Origin: a virus
Reading direction: 5' to 3' (one strand)
Length of the DNA stretch: 64,000 nucleotides
IMG/VR virus record: IMGVR_UViG_3300032331_002826
Coordinates: 1-64,000 of that record
The first letter of the stretch is position 1. Each line of letters begins with the position of its first letter. Below, in pieces: positions 1 to 9,682 of the stretch. The translations under genes and the position numbers were made by a program. The notes under the pieces are model-generated. The model was not told the DNA's origin. It ran no database searches and saw only the letters and a program-made list of their open reading frames with translations.

Positions 1-510
1 CCACTTGATCCACTTGAACCACTTGTTCCTGCACTTCCACTTGATCCACTTGAACCACTTGTTCCTGCACTTCCACTTGATCCACTTGAACCACTTGTTC
101 CTGCACTTCCACTTGATCCGCTTGATCCAGCAGTTCCACTTGATCCGCTTGATCCAGCAGTTCCACTTGATCCGCTTGATCCAGCACTTCCACTTGAACC
201 CGATGTGCCACTTGATCCGCTTGATCCGCTTGTACCAGCACTTCCGCTTGTTCCAGCTGCACCCGGATCTCCTTGCACACCACTTGTACCAGCACTTCCA
301 CTTGATCCACTTGATCCACTTGTACCAGCAGTTCCACTTGAACCACTTGTACCAGAACTTCCACTTGTACCACTTGATCCGCTTGTACCAGCACTTCCAC
401 TTGAACCACTTGTTCCAGCACTACCACTTGATCCACTTGATCCTGATGTTCCACTTGAACCGCTTGTACCAGCACTTCCACTTGATCCGCTATTGCCTGA
501 TGTGCCACTA
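1..510 (-). repeat. 9-bp-period coding tandem repeat (ccacttgat/ccacttgaa/ccacttgtt variants) encoding G-S-S/G-T-S/G-S-A triplets
   Basis: Directly visible imperfect 9-nt periodicity with 45-nt higher-order units. Confidence 0.95.
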
Positions 511-737
511 GCATTGAACACTGTCCAATTGATTAGATCGTTATCGAGTGTATATGCGAGAGCAGTTGTGGTCACAAAAACCATCATACCTGTAATACGA
601 CGGTCGGTTGTGATAGCATCTCTTTCAACGATGGTATCTACTTGTTGGTATCCACCTTTACCCAAATTTGAAAAATGTGTTGGGTATGTATCGGTTGGTG
701 CCGTTGTAGAGATATAATCTGTTACTGGAATTGGCAT
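1..737 (-). CDS. Collagen-like (Gly-Ser-Ser/Gly-Thr-Ser triplet) fibre/virion protein, 3'-truncated by window edge
   Basis: Missing from the ORF track because its stop lies outside the window. ATG at 737 reads MPIPVTDYISTTAPTDTYPTHFSNLGKGGYQQVDTIVERDAITTDRRITGMMVFV..., then a long G-X-Y run (GTSGSSGSSGSAG...) to position 1. Lies directly downstream of the 747..1718 gene. Confidence 0.85.
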   Translation of the reverse strand, partial: MPIPVTDYISTTAPTDTYPTHFSNLGKGGYQQVDTIVERDAITTDRRITGMMVFVTTTALAYTLDNDLINWTVFNASGTSGNSGSSGSAGTSGSSGTSGSSGSSGSAGTSGSSGSAGTSGSSGTSGSSGTSGSSGTAGTSGSSGSSGSAGTSGVQGDPGAAGTSGSAGTSGSSGSSGTSGSSGSAGSSGSSGTAGSSGSSGTAGSSGSSGSAGTSGSSGSSGSAGTSGSSGSSGSAGTSGSSGSS

Positions 738-746
738 AAAAATGGT

Positions 747-1718
747 TTAAGATGCTTGAATATTAATTGCTCCGCCTAATTTATTTAATGATCTATGTAC
801 GTTATAATTAGTAACAACGCCATAATAATTTGTAACTGATACGACGGTCATTGGCGACATAGCAACGTTCAACAATGTAGCTGTATCTTTAAATGTTGTT
901 AATGTTCCAAACGATGACGGATATGTGATATATTTGTATTTTTGGATATCAGCAATAAAAGCATAAGTATGTGCAGCGGTATTTGACAAGTCTGATGCTC
1001 TTAAAGAAGATATATCTGTATCTGTTAGTGAACCGGATACATGTTCACCGTAGTAGATTCTCCAATACCAATCCACCGTATATGTTTTTGACAATGATCC
1101 GGTGTGAGTATCTTGAGCATATATAGACCATATATGTGAAGAATCTGTAAGATACTGTATGGATGAGATTGAAATATTTTCGGATCCGTCGTTTGCAAGA
1201 CCTGTAGCAAGAATGATTGAATCGGTAGAATCTTCTATAGATACAGAATTTGGAACGATGTTTGATGAATTTGTAGTAGTCCAAGTAAATGTTTTAGACC
1301 CGGCGGAAATTGTATATCCAACTTCTACTGGAGATGATTCATTTAGACTAAAAGATGAAAAGGATGGTACTTGATAAGGATACAGCAATGCGTCAAACAT
1401 TGCAGTAAGAGGTACGTTATTAAACGTTGTACCCGCTTGAATTCCCCCAAGGGTTTGAGGTACAGGTGTTGGATTGGTGTAAAATCCTACTCCAACAGGG
1501 CCAGGAACGCTTCTGAACGATCCACTTTCAAATACTATAACATCGTAAGTGCTAGTTACAGCAGGAGTCTGAAACAACGATGACGTTACAACTCCTGTTG
1601 CGTCGGTGTGAATTAACAGCGACGATCCAGATATTTCAACCACTTCGTAGAATTCTTGAACATTCTGACGAAACTGCTTGAATATAAACGAGTTTATTTG
1701 TGGATCATAGCTTCCCAT
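747..1718 (-). CDS. Ser/Thr-rich putative tail/virion structural protein
   Basis: 323 aa, S/T-rich and beta-rich composition; late-type motif at 1740; upstream of the collagen-like gene. Confidence 0.55.
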   Translation of the reverse strand: MGSYDPQINSFIFKQFRQNVQEFYEVVEISGSSLLIHTDATGVVTSSLFQTPAVTSTYDVIVFESGSFRSVPGPVGVGFYTNPTPVPQTLGGIQAGTTFNNVPLTAMFDALLYPYQVPSFSSFSLNESSPVEVGYTISAGSKTFTWTTTNSSNIVPNSVSIEDSTDSIILATGLANDGSENISISSIQYLTDSSHIWSIYAQDTHTGSLSKTYTVDWYWRIYYGEHVSGSLTDTDISSLRASDLSNTAAHTYAFIADIQKYKYITYPSSFGTLTTFKDTATLLNVAMSPMTVVSVTNYYGVVTNYNVHRSLNKLGGAINIQAS

Positions 1719-1739
1719 AATGGATCATTTGACTATTGG

Positions 1740-1748
1740 TATAAATAT
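1740..1748 (-). promoter_or_regulatory. Putative late promoter motif ATATTTATA
   Basis: Same motif recurs just upstream of many structural genes (see findings). Confidence 0.6.
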
Positions 1749-1765
1749 AGGATCAATACCAAAGA

Positions 1766-1799
1766 AAATAAAAAACCGCTGATATTACCGTATCAGCGG
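1766..1799 (-). terminator. Rho-independent terminator
   Basis: Hairpin ccgctgata...tatcagcgg followed by a T-run on the minus strand, downstream of 1830..2102. Confidence 0.7.
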
Positions 1800-1829
1800 C
1801 GATTATTTAAAAATCTAAATTATATGAGG

Positions 1830-2102
1830 TTAAGATGGACTAAATGTACCATCTCTGATATTCAGAGAACCGTTGCCGTATTTCTTGGTCAACTTGTTCA
1901 TCAACTCTTCTTCGGTTTGTTGAAGTTGAATATATTCGGTTCTATGTTTTTCTTGTTCCTTCTTTAAAAGGTCAAGTCTTTCTTGCAATTCAATGGTTTC
2001 AAGATGAATTTGTCCAAATTTGACCAACTTGTCTTGAAACTTACCTTGAATATATCGTAGATCTTTTACTTCTTCGTCTGTGAATTTGATTGGTTCTGGC
2101 AT
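1830..2102 (-). CDS. Small coiled-coil hypothetical protein
   Basis: 90-aa ORF, heptad-rich, with its own upstream motif and downstream terminator. Confidence 0.7.
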   Translation of the reverse strand: MPEPIKFTDEEVKDLRYIQGKFQDKLVKFGQIHLETIELQERLDLLKKEQEKHRTEYIQLQQTEEELMNKLTKKYGNGSLNIRDGTFSPS

Positions 2103-2154
2103 AACAATATAATGTGTTCATTGATACATAGGAGATCAATCAACTAATTAACTG

Positions 2155-3123
2155 TTATAAATTAGTGACTGGTGGATAAACTACAGGTGCATCTTTAGCA
2201 TCAATAACTGGAAGGACTAAATTATCTCCATCTTGTTTTAATGGATTGATATAAGAATAAGGATATGGTTTGTGATATGACGTTTTAGTCAAATCAGCAT
2301 TGACTTTATCAAGGGTTTGTCCATCAACTATTTCACCCGTGACAATAACTTTTCTAGGTGTGAAGCTCTTGGTTGTGGTGAGTTTTTTATTTTCAAATGA
2401 ATCATTCAACAAATATGCTTGTACCGTCATGTTAAATGTGGTACGAACCATACGATCTTTTCCTGACTGTACCTCAGTATTGTTGCTATAATCGTTGATA
2501 TAGACTCTAAACTTAAATCTTGTTGGATCGCCCCAATATTCTTCTGTTGCCCAATTGATTTTTTCAATCAACGAGTTCATTTGTTCGACGTACTCCGTCC
2601 ACAACATAAACTCATAAGTGAGTGTTACGTGATCGGGCAGAGTAACATTCATTACTTGTGATGTAGGAGCGGTCTTCTTTGTGAGAATGGAAAATCTATC
2701 GTATACGTTCTTTTGATCGTATTTTCTCAACACTTGAACATTCAAATGACGATTAAACGTTGCAAGACTTTCATTTTTTGCAACCGTATTTCGTTTGAAC
2801 ATTATGGCTGGAAGTTGTAATTTTCCATTGTTATCACGAATACCACCATCATATTGAATAGCTTTCCATCTTTCAGGATTTCCGTAAAGGATTGGTACTT
2901 TGATATTGTCTCCGTTATCAACCACTGTAGGATTGATAGTGTTGTCCAAATGATCTACAATTGCAGAGTCAATATCAAGAAGAGTAACCGTGAAATTTTT
3001 CAAGTCATCGGTGTCTCTGCGAACCTGAAACTCCCTATGCACATCAGTTTTCTTATCAGCGACATGATCGCTGTTATTTTGCTGATTTGGAGCTGGATTA
3101 TTTGGATTACCTTTCCATGCCAT
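2155..3123 (-). CDS. Tail completion / tail-sheath terminator protein (T4 gp15-like)
   Basis: KVPILYGNPERW...LPAI motif; follows the gp13/gp14-like neck genes as in T4-like phages. Confidence 0.6.
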   Translation of the reverse strand: MAWKGNPNNPAPNQQNNSDHVADKKTDVHREFQVRRDTDDLKNFTVTLLDIDSAIVDHLDNTINPTVVDNGDNIKVPILYGNPERWKAIQYDGGIRDNNGKLQLPAIMFKRNTVAKNESLATFNRHLNVQVLRKYDQKNVYDRFSILTKKTAPTSQVMNVTLPDHVTLTYEFMLWTEYVEQMNSLIEKINWATEEYWGDPTRFKFRVYINDYSNNTEVQSGKDRMVRTTFNMTVQAYLLNDSFENKKLTTTKSFTPRKVIVTGEIVDGQTLDKVNADLTKTSYHKPYPYSYINPLKQDGDNLVLPVIDAKDAPVVYPPVTNL

Positions 3124-3132
3124 AGGTTGTAA

Positions 3133-3600
3133 TTATCGTTGAAAAATGTTAAGCTTGGATAGACGAGAGTAGTGAGTGTTACAGATAAAGCTGTGACTCT
3201 TTGTATCTTGTCCGCCCAAAAATTGTTCTTGAACCACATTGTCAATTTCGTGATAACGATCATTGAAAAAAACAATGTCTCCGATTTGAGGAAAGAAGTT
3301 CACTTGTTGACACATCTTTTCTCTGAATTTGAATACCACCGATTGATCACGATCAGGACCAAATCCTTCGTCTTCCCCTGTAATATCACCACGATCAATA
3401 AGTGCGCTCAAGTCAATGCCGGGATAAAAGGTCTTACCTTCAGTAGGAGCAGATTCTCCATACATGTTTACTCTCGTTTCCGATGCAGCGATCTTAAACA
3501 CAGTCACAAGCGTTTCAATGATATCACCCATCAATTCAGCATTGATAGAATTGATCAGACGAATATCACGTTCACTAAAATATCTTCCTCTTAATCCCAT
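3133..3600 (-). CDS. Neck / head-closure protein (gp14-like)
   Basis: NMYGE...FG.D...PQIGDIV...YHEIDNV pattern; synteny between the gp13-like and gp15-like genes. Confidence 0.6.
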   Translation of the reverse strand: MGLRGRYFSERDIRLINSINAELMGDIIETLVTVFKIAASETRVNMYGESAPTEGKTFYPGIDLSALIDRGDITGEDEGFGPDRDQSVVFKFREKMCQQVNFFPQIGDIVFFNDRYHEIDNVVQEQFLGGQDTKSHSFICNTHYSRLSKLNIFQR

Positions 3601-3603
3601 AAA

Positions 3604-4773
3604 TTATCCTATGTAAATAAACATTGGAACTTTGCGAAGAATTTCCTGATTCTTTTCCGCTTTATTGGCTTGTTGTTCGATGAGATTAGCACCGAGAGTT
3701 GCCTCCAACATCTCTCTCAATTGTGACATTAAGGCTTCTTTTTCTGCTGATGCTTCACTTCTTAGTTCAGCACCATCAAGAGTAACCTCTCCGCCTGGAA
3801 TTGGAATCGTACTATATTTTTGACGAATTGCTCCAAGCACTTCCTTACAAAGTGCCAAGAAATATTTTCGTATCCATTGACGTCCAGGTCCATTGATCGT
3901 ATTGTACCTCAAGTTATCATATGGAACATTACTATAGTCAGAGACTTTATCATAATTATCCCCCGGCGTAAAAATATCTGCTTGTTTATCACTATCCAAA
4001 CTGTATTCAAAATACACTTTGTAATTACTATTAGGAATAGGAAACAACCTCAATTTGTTGTTGACTAGTTCAAACGAATATGCACTCTTACGAACCATAT
4101 CATTAAACTCAATTGCTTGACCACGAAGCAAATCTTCAAAAATTGGAGTCATCAAAAATTGAACAGCAGGACTATATCCAGCAAATCCCATTTCGTTCAA
4201 TACGTTGCTGTAACTCATACCCGTCATACTGAATGGATCATAGATACGGGCCATTGCCGGAGATTGATAGTGGAATACTCTTTTTACTTCCAATCGATTT
4301 CCAGATCCCGATGCTTGATCATAAAGACATTGTAGATCGTAATTTTGTTGACCTGCAATGACATCAACGTGACCTTTCTTCCAATCAACATTTCCACCAA
4401 CACCAACTTCTGAACCATATGCTCTTGAAAGATTTATTACATATGGCAGAGGACTACCCGTTACTGCTTTTCCTGAAGCATCTTTGTTTGCAGGAGTTCC
4501 CAACAAATTCAACATGTTATTACGAATGTTGAATTGATTAACTTGAGAACTATATTCGTTTACTGCTTCTTCAAAAGCAGCATAAAAATTAAGGTCGATG
4601 AGTTCAATATCTTCGATTGGATAACCAAGACGAATAGCTGCCCATACAGCACTGCTGCTACAATCCGATGTGAACTTTTTATCATCATCGTAAAACCCAA
4701 ATGGGGTTCTGCCTGGAACTGCACTGCCGCTTCCAGGCCATCTCACTCTGTCTTGATCAAGATTTGCACTCAT
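3604..4773 (-). CDS. Neck / head-tail adaptor protein (gp13-like)
   Basis: RLGYPIEDIEL near the N-terminus; C-terminal WIRKYFLALCKEVLGAIRQKYSTIPIPGGEVTLDGAEL typical of gp13-like neck proteins. Confidence 0.75.
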   Translation of the reverse strand: MSANLDQDRVRWPGSGSAVPGRTPFGFYDDDKKFTSDCSSSAVWAAIRLGYPIEDIELIDLNFYAAFEEAVNEYSSQVNQFNIRNNMLNLLGTPANKDASGKAVTGSPLPYVINLSRAYGSEVGVGGNVDWKKGHVDVIAGQQNYDLQCLYDQASGSGNRLEVKRVFHYQSPAMARIYDPFSMTGMSYSNVLNEMGFAGYSPAVQFLMTPIFEDLLRGQAIEFNDMVRKSAYSFELVNNKLRLFPIPNSNYKVYFEYSLDSDKQADIFTPGDNYDKVSDYSNVPYDNLRYNTINGPGRQWIRKYFLALCKEVLGAIRQKYSTIPIPGGEVTLDGAELRSEASAEKEALMSQLREMLEATLGANLIEQQANKAEKNQEILRKVPMFIYIG

Positions 4774-4785
4774 GGTTTATAAATA

Positions 4786-5058
4786 TCACGTCGATTTGGT
4801 TATCTTCACTATAAGTTTGTCATTGCCTTTTATAATCCTATGGTATGTCTCTTTAGGAACAAAGAAACTGCCTGTCATTACAACAGGCAGTTCGTTGTCC
4901 ATTTGAAATTCCCAACCGTCGTTTTGAAGGACTTCAACTATACGATCTTCACGATCTTTGTGCCATTCTAACTCATGACTATCAACCGTTTTATCAAATT
5001 CTCGTATATATTTGTTTCCTCCAAGATGTTTTTCTTCAAAAGGAAATGACATAACCAT
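4786..5058 (-). CDS. Small cupin-like protein
   Basis: WHKDRE...GWEFQ...VPKETYHRI cupin His motifs. Confidence 0.6.
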   Translation of the reverse strand: MVMSFPFEEKHLGGNKYIREFDKTVDSHELEWHKDREDRIVEVLQNDGWEFQMDNELPVVMTGSFFVPKETYHRIIKGNDKLIVKITKST

Positions 5059-5063
5059 ATTTT

Positions 5064-6197
5064 TCAGTGGAATGTCAAGAAGTTGTATCTGACATCCTTT
5101 CGTTGAGCTGGTCTATCACTGTCACCGCCTGGCAACGTAATAATAGAAAACTCGCCTGGATTTCCTTCTACAGATGGAAGTTCGTCGGTATACTTCAACG
5201 AATCAAACGTGAGAGCATCAAATTCAGAATCAGTATGATACTTGTCATAGATTCTCTTCTTCAATTCATTTCTGCCATTCACAGGATCAGCAAACTTTGA
5301 CTTGCCGGATTCATCTTTTTCGTATCCACGTCCTTTGGTTGGTCTGAATATACCAGCAAACACTTCCTTTGGAACAATTACCGATTTCTTTTTTGCATCA
5401 GGCAAAGATTGAGTTCCACCTACAGAGTGAGTAACAACAAATCCAAGAAGTTCAGCAATATTTACAATACCTGACATTTTGGTGTAAAAATATGAGTTTA
5501 CTTTGTATCCGTTCTCCCATAGTTTTTTAGTAACTTTAACCGCAGAGTCAAAATATCGTTGAGCAAAAAAGTCGCCAGCATCATTCCAACGAATACTCAA
5601 TATGTTATCTTCTCTCTTTGCTTTGAAAGCATACAATTCAGCTTCTGAATATGCTTGTTTGACATATGAGTCTGGATCTTGAAGTATTTGTTGAAGACGT
5701 TGTGCCAACTTGATATTCTTTCCATCATTCATGATGTAGAAGCCTTGTAGAGCGTAACAATCCAACGCACACGATCCTGCTGCTGGACATGTGTTAACCA
5801 CCTTGAATGGTTTTTCAGCATCATCCTTGTCATAAACAAATCCACGAAGAGCAGGAATGCCTGTATTGATTGTCAAAATTCCCTGACCCGATGAGTGTTT
5901 TGATTTTTCTCCTTCGTCAAAAATAGTTTTAGGCGGAGTGGTCAACAACTTGGCAAATGCTGGAATATCAATTTCACTTGTACCAAGTTTCAATTTGATG
6001 TTTCCTTTGGAAATGCGTGGCATTCCGAGAGATGCTTTTCCCCCAACAGAAACTCTTTTTAGTTCACTGTTGAAAAAACCTACTACCTGATCCATCGTCA
6101 TACATCTAGTAATTTTTGCATCACCTAGATCGGGAGATGACCAGTCGATTTCGTTAATCACTTCTTTGATTAGACTTTTTAATTCTGTGAGCTTCAT
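5064..6197 (-). CDS. Gp88-like Cys-motif protein (radical-SAM-like)
   Basis: TCPAAGSCALDCYA (Cx5Cx3C) plus IRWNDAGDF and YFYTK, characteristic of the Gene product 88 family. Confidence 0.7.
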   Translation of the reverse strand: MKLTELKSLIKEVINEIDWSSPDLGDAKITRCMTMDQVVGFFNSELKRVSVGGKASLGMPRISKGNIKLKLGTSEIDIPAFAKLLTTPPKTIFDEGEKSKHSSGQGILTINTGIPALRGFVYDKDDAEKPFKVVNTCPAAGSCALDCYALQGFYIMNDGKNIKLAQRLQQILQDPDSYVKQAYSEAELYAFKAKREDNILSIRWNDAGDFFAQRYFDSAVKVTKKLWENGYKVNSYFYTKMSGIVNIAELLGFVVTHSVGGTQSLPDAKKKSVIVPKEVFAGIFRPTKGRGYEKDESGKSKFADPVNGRNELKKRIYDKYHTDSEFDALTFDSLKYTDELPSVEGNPGEFSIITLPGGDSDRPAQRKDVRYNFLTFH

Positions 6198-6201
6198 AGT
6201 T

Positions 6202-6714
6202 TTAGAAATTTACGTAAAATGAACATTGTGGACCGCTATATTTGAATCCTGTAATAGGAACTTTGATTTTTAATCCTTCACGAATATGTGAAAAACTTCC
6301 CTTCTTAACATAAGCAAGAGTCATGTGGGGATGATAGTCTGGATACGAATCCTCATTTGGATACTTATCACATCTATTTCGAATCTCCATAAGTTGATCA
6401 TTCTTTTCAACGTCGAATTTTACCACGTCATATTTTTCGTTGTTGAATTGAGTCAATGATTTTAACACCACCTCAAATGGTTTCATGTGTTTCAAAATGC
6501 GTGCAACATCTCGCTTCTGTAAGTCAGGAATAAATCCATACTTAAGAGTAACATGAGGTTCTTCGCTGTATCCATATGTAGGATCTTCTGGATCCGTGTA
6601 AAGTATCTCAGGGGGAATTACCGTTTTTCCCAATTTGACAATATGGGGTCCGTAAGTAGGACTCACTCTGGCCATCAGACATCCCTTTTCTACAAATCTA
6701 TTTTCGGTCAACAT
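6202..6714 (-). CDS. 2H phosphodiesterase, T4 gp57B/Acb1-like (candidate anti-CBASS nuclease)
   Basis: Two HxT motifs (PHVTLKYG, YHPHMTLAY) about 75 aa apart in a 170-aa standalone phage protein. Confidence 0.75.
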   Translation of the reverse strand: MLTENRFVEKGCLMARVSPTYGPHIVKLGKTVIPPEILYTDPEDPTYGYSEEPHVTLKYGFIPDLQKRDVARILKHMKPFEVVLKSLTQFNNEKYDVVKFDVEKNDQLMEIRNRCDKYPNEDSYPDYHPHMTLAYVKKGSFSHIREGLKIKVPITGFKYSGPQCSFYVNF

Positions 6715-6715
6715 A

Positions 6716-7324
6716 TTACCAATATCTCCCCTTGCTGTGTGTACCTAAACTTTTAATTCGATGACTTCTACAACTCCAATATCCTGCAGTTGTGCGATCT
6801 TTTTTCTGACTACATTTGTGTCTAGCTCTAAAACTCTTTCTACGAGCAGCACTGCTAGCACGGATCCTCATTTTAGGATCTCCAAACGATACCTTCTTTA
6901 TAGTACCCTTCTTGGTTTTAACATATACAGCAAACTTCTTTGCTCCGCCCGAAGTCCTAAAAGGACGATTTAGATGTACGGTACGACCTCGATGTTTGAC
7001 TTCATGGAGATGATCTTCATCTTCTTCCAATGGCGCATCCAAAAATACTTCTCTACCTTCGTATATCGCAGTTTGACCTATGTCACTTTCAATCAAATCA
7101 AGATCATCATCGTTGATTTCGATCAAATCCTTTTCATACAAATCACGAACTTCACTGATAAGTTCAAAATACTTCTCTGAATAAGCACGAAAAACATTTT
7201 CAGTCAAAGACAATCCTTTATCCAAATGAAATTTAAGATCGTTTGAAACAACCGTTGTGACAGTTAATTTCATAGGACTTACGACGTAATCGTCCCCAGC
7301 TAGTAAATTTGCCAGTTTTATCAT
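6716..7324 (-). CDS. Conserved T4-like phage hypothetical protein, acidic N-half and basic C-half
   Basis: KKFAVYVK...KKVSFGDP...RRKSFRARHKC...AGYWSC motif. Confidence 0.65.
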   Translation of the reverse strand: MIKLANLLAGDDYVVSPMKLTVTTVVSNDLKFHLDKGLSLTENVFRAYSEKYFELISEVRDLYEKDLIEINDDDLDLIESDIGQTAIYEGREVFLDAPLEEDEDHLHEVKHRGRTVHLNRPFRTSGGAKKFAVYVKTKKGTIKKVSFGDPKMRIRASSAARRKSFRARHKCSQKKDRTTAGYWSCRSHRIKSLGTHSKGRYW

Positions 7325-7363
7325 GTACTATACATATTAAAAATACTAGCAAACCGTTCACAT

Positions 7364-7918
7364 TTAAGTTTGTCTGTACAAAATTCCAAGTCCGTAACCA
7401 TCTTTTATGTTGAAATAGTTCATATTGAACTTTGCTGAAATGTCTATACAAACTTTATCTATATTTTCACACGAATATGTGTTGGGAAGAATAACCACGT
7501 TAGAATGTTGCACCGACCACTCAGTACACTCATATACATCAGTAGGATGATCTCCCAGATCTACGTGAATCAAATCAAACATTCTAGTTTCAGATTTGAT
7601 ATACTCAATGTAAGATTTTCTTACCAAATCAACATTGGTATTATTGAACTTTTTACATGCAGTTTCGTAAATCATGTATTTTTGTTCTTGACTAATTCTA
7701 TCACTGATATACGAATCCACACCAACAACATGGTTGAATAACTTTGATAAAACATCTGTGCTATATCCTGACCCCACTCCGAATTCCAATGCCGAATTTC
7801 TTGTTACTTTGAATACATCGACTATTGAAAGCATGTAATTCTCAAATCCTCTCCAATCGGATACAACCTCTTTTATTTTGTATGGCCATTTTCTAATAGG
7901 CAAATAGATCTTATTCAT
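7364..7918 (-). CDS. Class I SAM-dependent methyltransferase (Methyltransf_24-like)
   Basis: LEFGVGSGYST motif I, VGVD, FDLIHVD; ATG at 7918 preferred to the TTG start in the track. Confidence 0.75.
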   Translation of the reverse strand: MNKIYLPIRKWPYKIKEVVSDWRGFENYMLSIVDVFKVTRNSALEFGVGSGYSTDVLSKLFNHVVGVDSYISDRISQEQKYMIYETACKKFNNTNVDLVRKSYIEYIKSETRMFDLIHVDLGDHPTDVYECTEWSVQHSNVVILPNTYSCENIDKVCIDISAKFNMNYFNIKDGYGLGILYRQT

Positions 7919-7953
7919 GATATAACACTTTGTCAAATAAGTAGTATTGCCAC

Positions 7954-7985
7954 AAACAAAAACCCCGCTCCGAAGAGCGGGGTTT
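7954..7985 (-). terminator. Rho-independent terminator after major capsid gene
   Basis: AAACCCCGCTC-TTCG-GAGCGGGGTTTTT (UUCG tetraloop). Confidence 0.9.
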
Positions 7986-8020
7986 GATTTAATCGGTTGA
8001 TCCGACTACAACAATCAAGA

Positions 8021-9643
8021 TTAGACCTGATCGAGATCGCCGACAAGAATCTTGCCGTAGAACTCAGGGCGGACCATCTTCTTTGCGTAGCGAGTCATCA
8101 CACCACGACGTGGAGTGAAGTTCACTGGATCATAGACCAATGGAGTTTGGACTAGTGGGATGTATGGAGCATACACTGCACCGGTTTCGAGGAAGTTGTT
8201 TCCACGGAAACCAACCAAGATGGTGTTTTCAACCATGTATGGATTCTTGTAAACTTGGAAGCGACTTGCGAAGCTACCAACCTTACTTACACCCATTGCG
8301 AACTTAGCACTGTCACCATCGGTGTTGACAACGAAACCTGGAATTGACTCCAAGATTGTTGCAACGTCTGGTGAGCAGACAAGGAAGTTAGCACCACCAC
8401 GGAGTGTCAACTGGTGAATCTTGTTCGAGACCTTTTGGATCTTGTTACCAAGTGTTTGGAACCAAGTTGACTTGGTGTAATATCCACCTGTACCAGCAGT
8501 AGTGGTGTCAGTGATGACGCCGCTGTCGCTGATTTCACGGTTGATCTTAGCACTCCAACGTGCAGTGGTTACTGCTGGTGCGTTGGTGATCAACATGTCT
8601 AGGATTTCCAAGTCGATTTCCATCGAAACGTACTCAGACAACAAAGCAGTCAATTCTGCTTCTGCGTCAATGCTGTGGTAAGCATTCAAGTCTTGAGCGA
8701 GTTCTGGGGTCCAGACTGCCTTCAACTTACGAGTCTTAGCAACGATTGGCTCGCTCTTCAACTCTAGGTTGACTTCTGGAATACCGATAGAAGGAGCACT
8801 GGTTCCGTCACCGGTTGTGTCTTCGAAGTCACCACGGTTACTGTCCTTAGGTTGGACACTGTAGTTAACGGTCAAACTTGCCGAAGCAGGGTTTGAACCA
8901 GAAACAACGAATGTTACTTCAGAACCGTTGATCTCGGTGAATTGTGGGAAGTATGTAGTAATACCACTACCTGCGATGGTGAAGGAGCGAACTCCGTTTG
9001 CATCGAACACGTTACCTGCAGCACTAGAAGCACTGTAGAAGTTGGTTGTGGTCAAGGTGTAAACCTTACCAGAAGCAACTGAAGCACTGTAGTTTGCATC
9101 GAAGTTAACACCCTCCAATGTACTTACAGCAGCACGTGAAGCACTTACAATTGTGGATTGGTCATTGACCGAGTAACCGAAACGACCAGGACCATAGAGA
9201 CCGCCAGTAGCGGAATCGGTTGAACCTAGCTTGGTTCCAGTACCACCGAACAACGAACTGTAGTTGTTGCTGGTGTCCTTGGTGAACACACCGTTGTTGG
9301 TTCCATACTTGAAATCAAGATAGAAGATAAGACCGCTTGGGAGGTTCATTGGTTGAACCGAAACGAACTCCTTAGCTGCGATTTCTGCGAACACACGGCG
9401 AACGAGTGGGAGAGCAACGCCTGCCCATTGTTCACTGTTTGCTGAAGTACCTGTTGAGGTTGCTTCATCAAGCAATTGCTTTGCTTGGTTTTCAAGCAAG
9501 ATACTCATGTTTGCCTTCTCAACGCCCTTTAGGCCTTCAAGCAAACCTGTGTTTTCCCACTTTGATGTCAATCCACGGGTCTTGGCCATAAGCTCTGCCT
9601 GTGGATTCATATTTGTTGTCAATAGCGACTTCATATCACTCAT
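8021..9643 (-). CDS. gp23: Major capsid protein (T4 gp23-like)
   Basis: ILLENQ, PLVRRVF, VQPMNLPSGLIF, KTRKLKAVWTPELAQDL, YAPYIPL, FTPRRGVMTRY; strong codon bias. Confidence 0.97.
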   Translation of the reverse strand: MSDMKSLLTTNMNPQAELMAKTRGLTSKWENTGLLEGLKGVEKANMSILLENQAKQLLDEATSTGTSANSEQWAGVALPLVRRVFAEIAAKEFVSVQPMNLPSGLIFYLDFKYGTNNGVFTKDTSNNYSSLFGGTGTKLGSTDSATGGLYGPGRFGYSVNDQSTIVSASRAAVSTLEGVNFDANYSASVASGKVYTLTTTNFYSASSAAGNVFDANGVRSFTIAGSGITTYFPQFTEINGSEVTFVVSGSNPASASLTVNYSVQPKDSNRGDFEDTTGDGTSAPSIGIPEVNLELKSEPIVAKTRKLKAVWTPELAQDLNAYHSIDAEAELTALLSEYVSMEIDLEILDMLITNAPAVTTARWSAKINREISDSGVITDTTTAGTGGYYTKSTWFQTLGNKIQKVSNKIHQLTLRGGANFLVCSPDVATILESIPGFVVNTDGDSAKFAMGVSKVGSFASRFQVYKNPYMVENTILVGFRGNNFLETGAVYAPYIPLVQTPLVYDPVNFTPRRGVMTRYAKKMVRPEFYGKILVGDLDQV

Positions 9644-9682
9644 ATTATTTATCCTTGTTTAATTTGTTGTTAAGACGTTAGA

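Noticed and set aside
1-510. Possible CRISPR array or satellite
   Set aside because: 9-nt coding periodicity with no unique spacers; no cas genes in the window
5-717. Plus-strand ORFs 5..511 (His/Leu-rich) and 205..717 (Pro/Leu-rich)
   Set aside because: Antisense shadows of the minus-strand Gly-Ser-Ser repeat gene starting at 737
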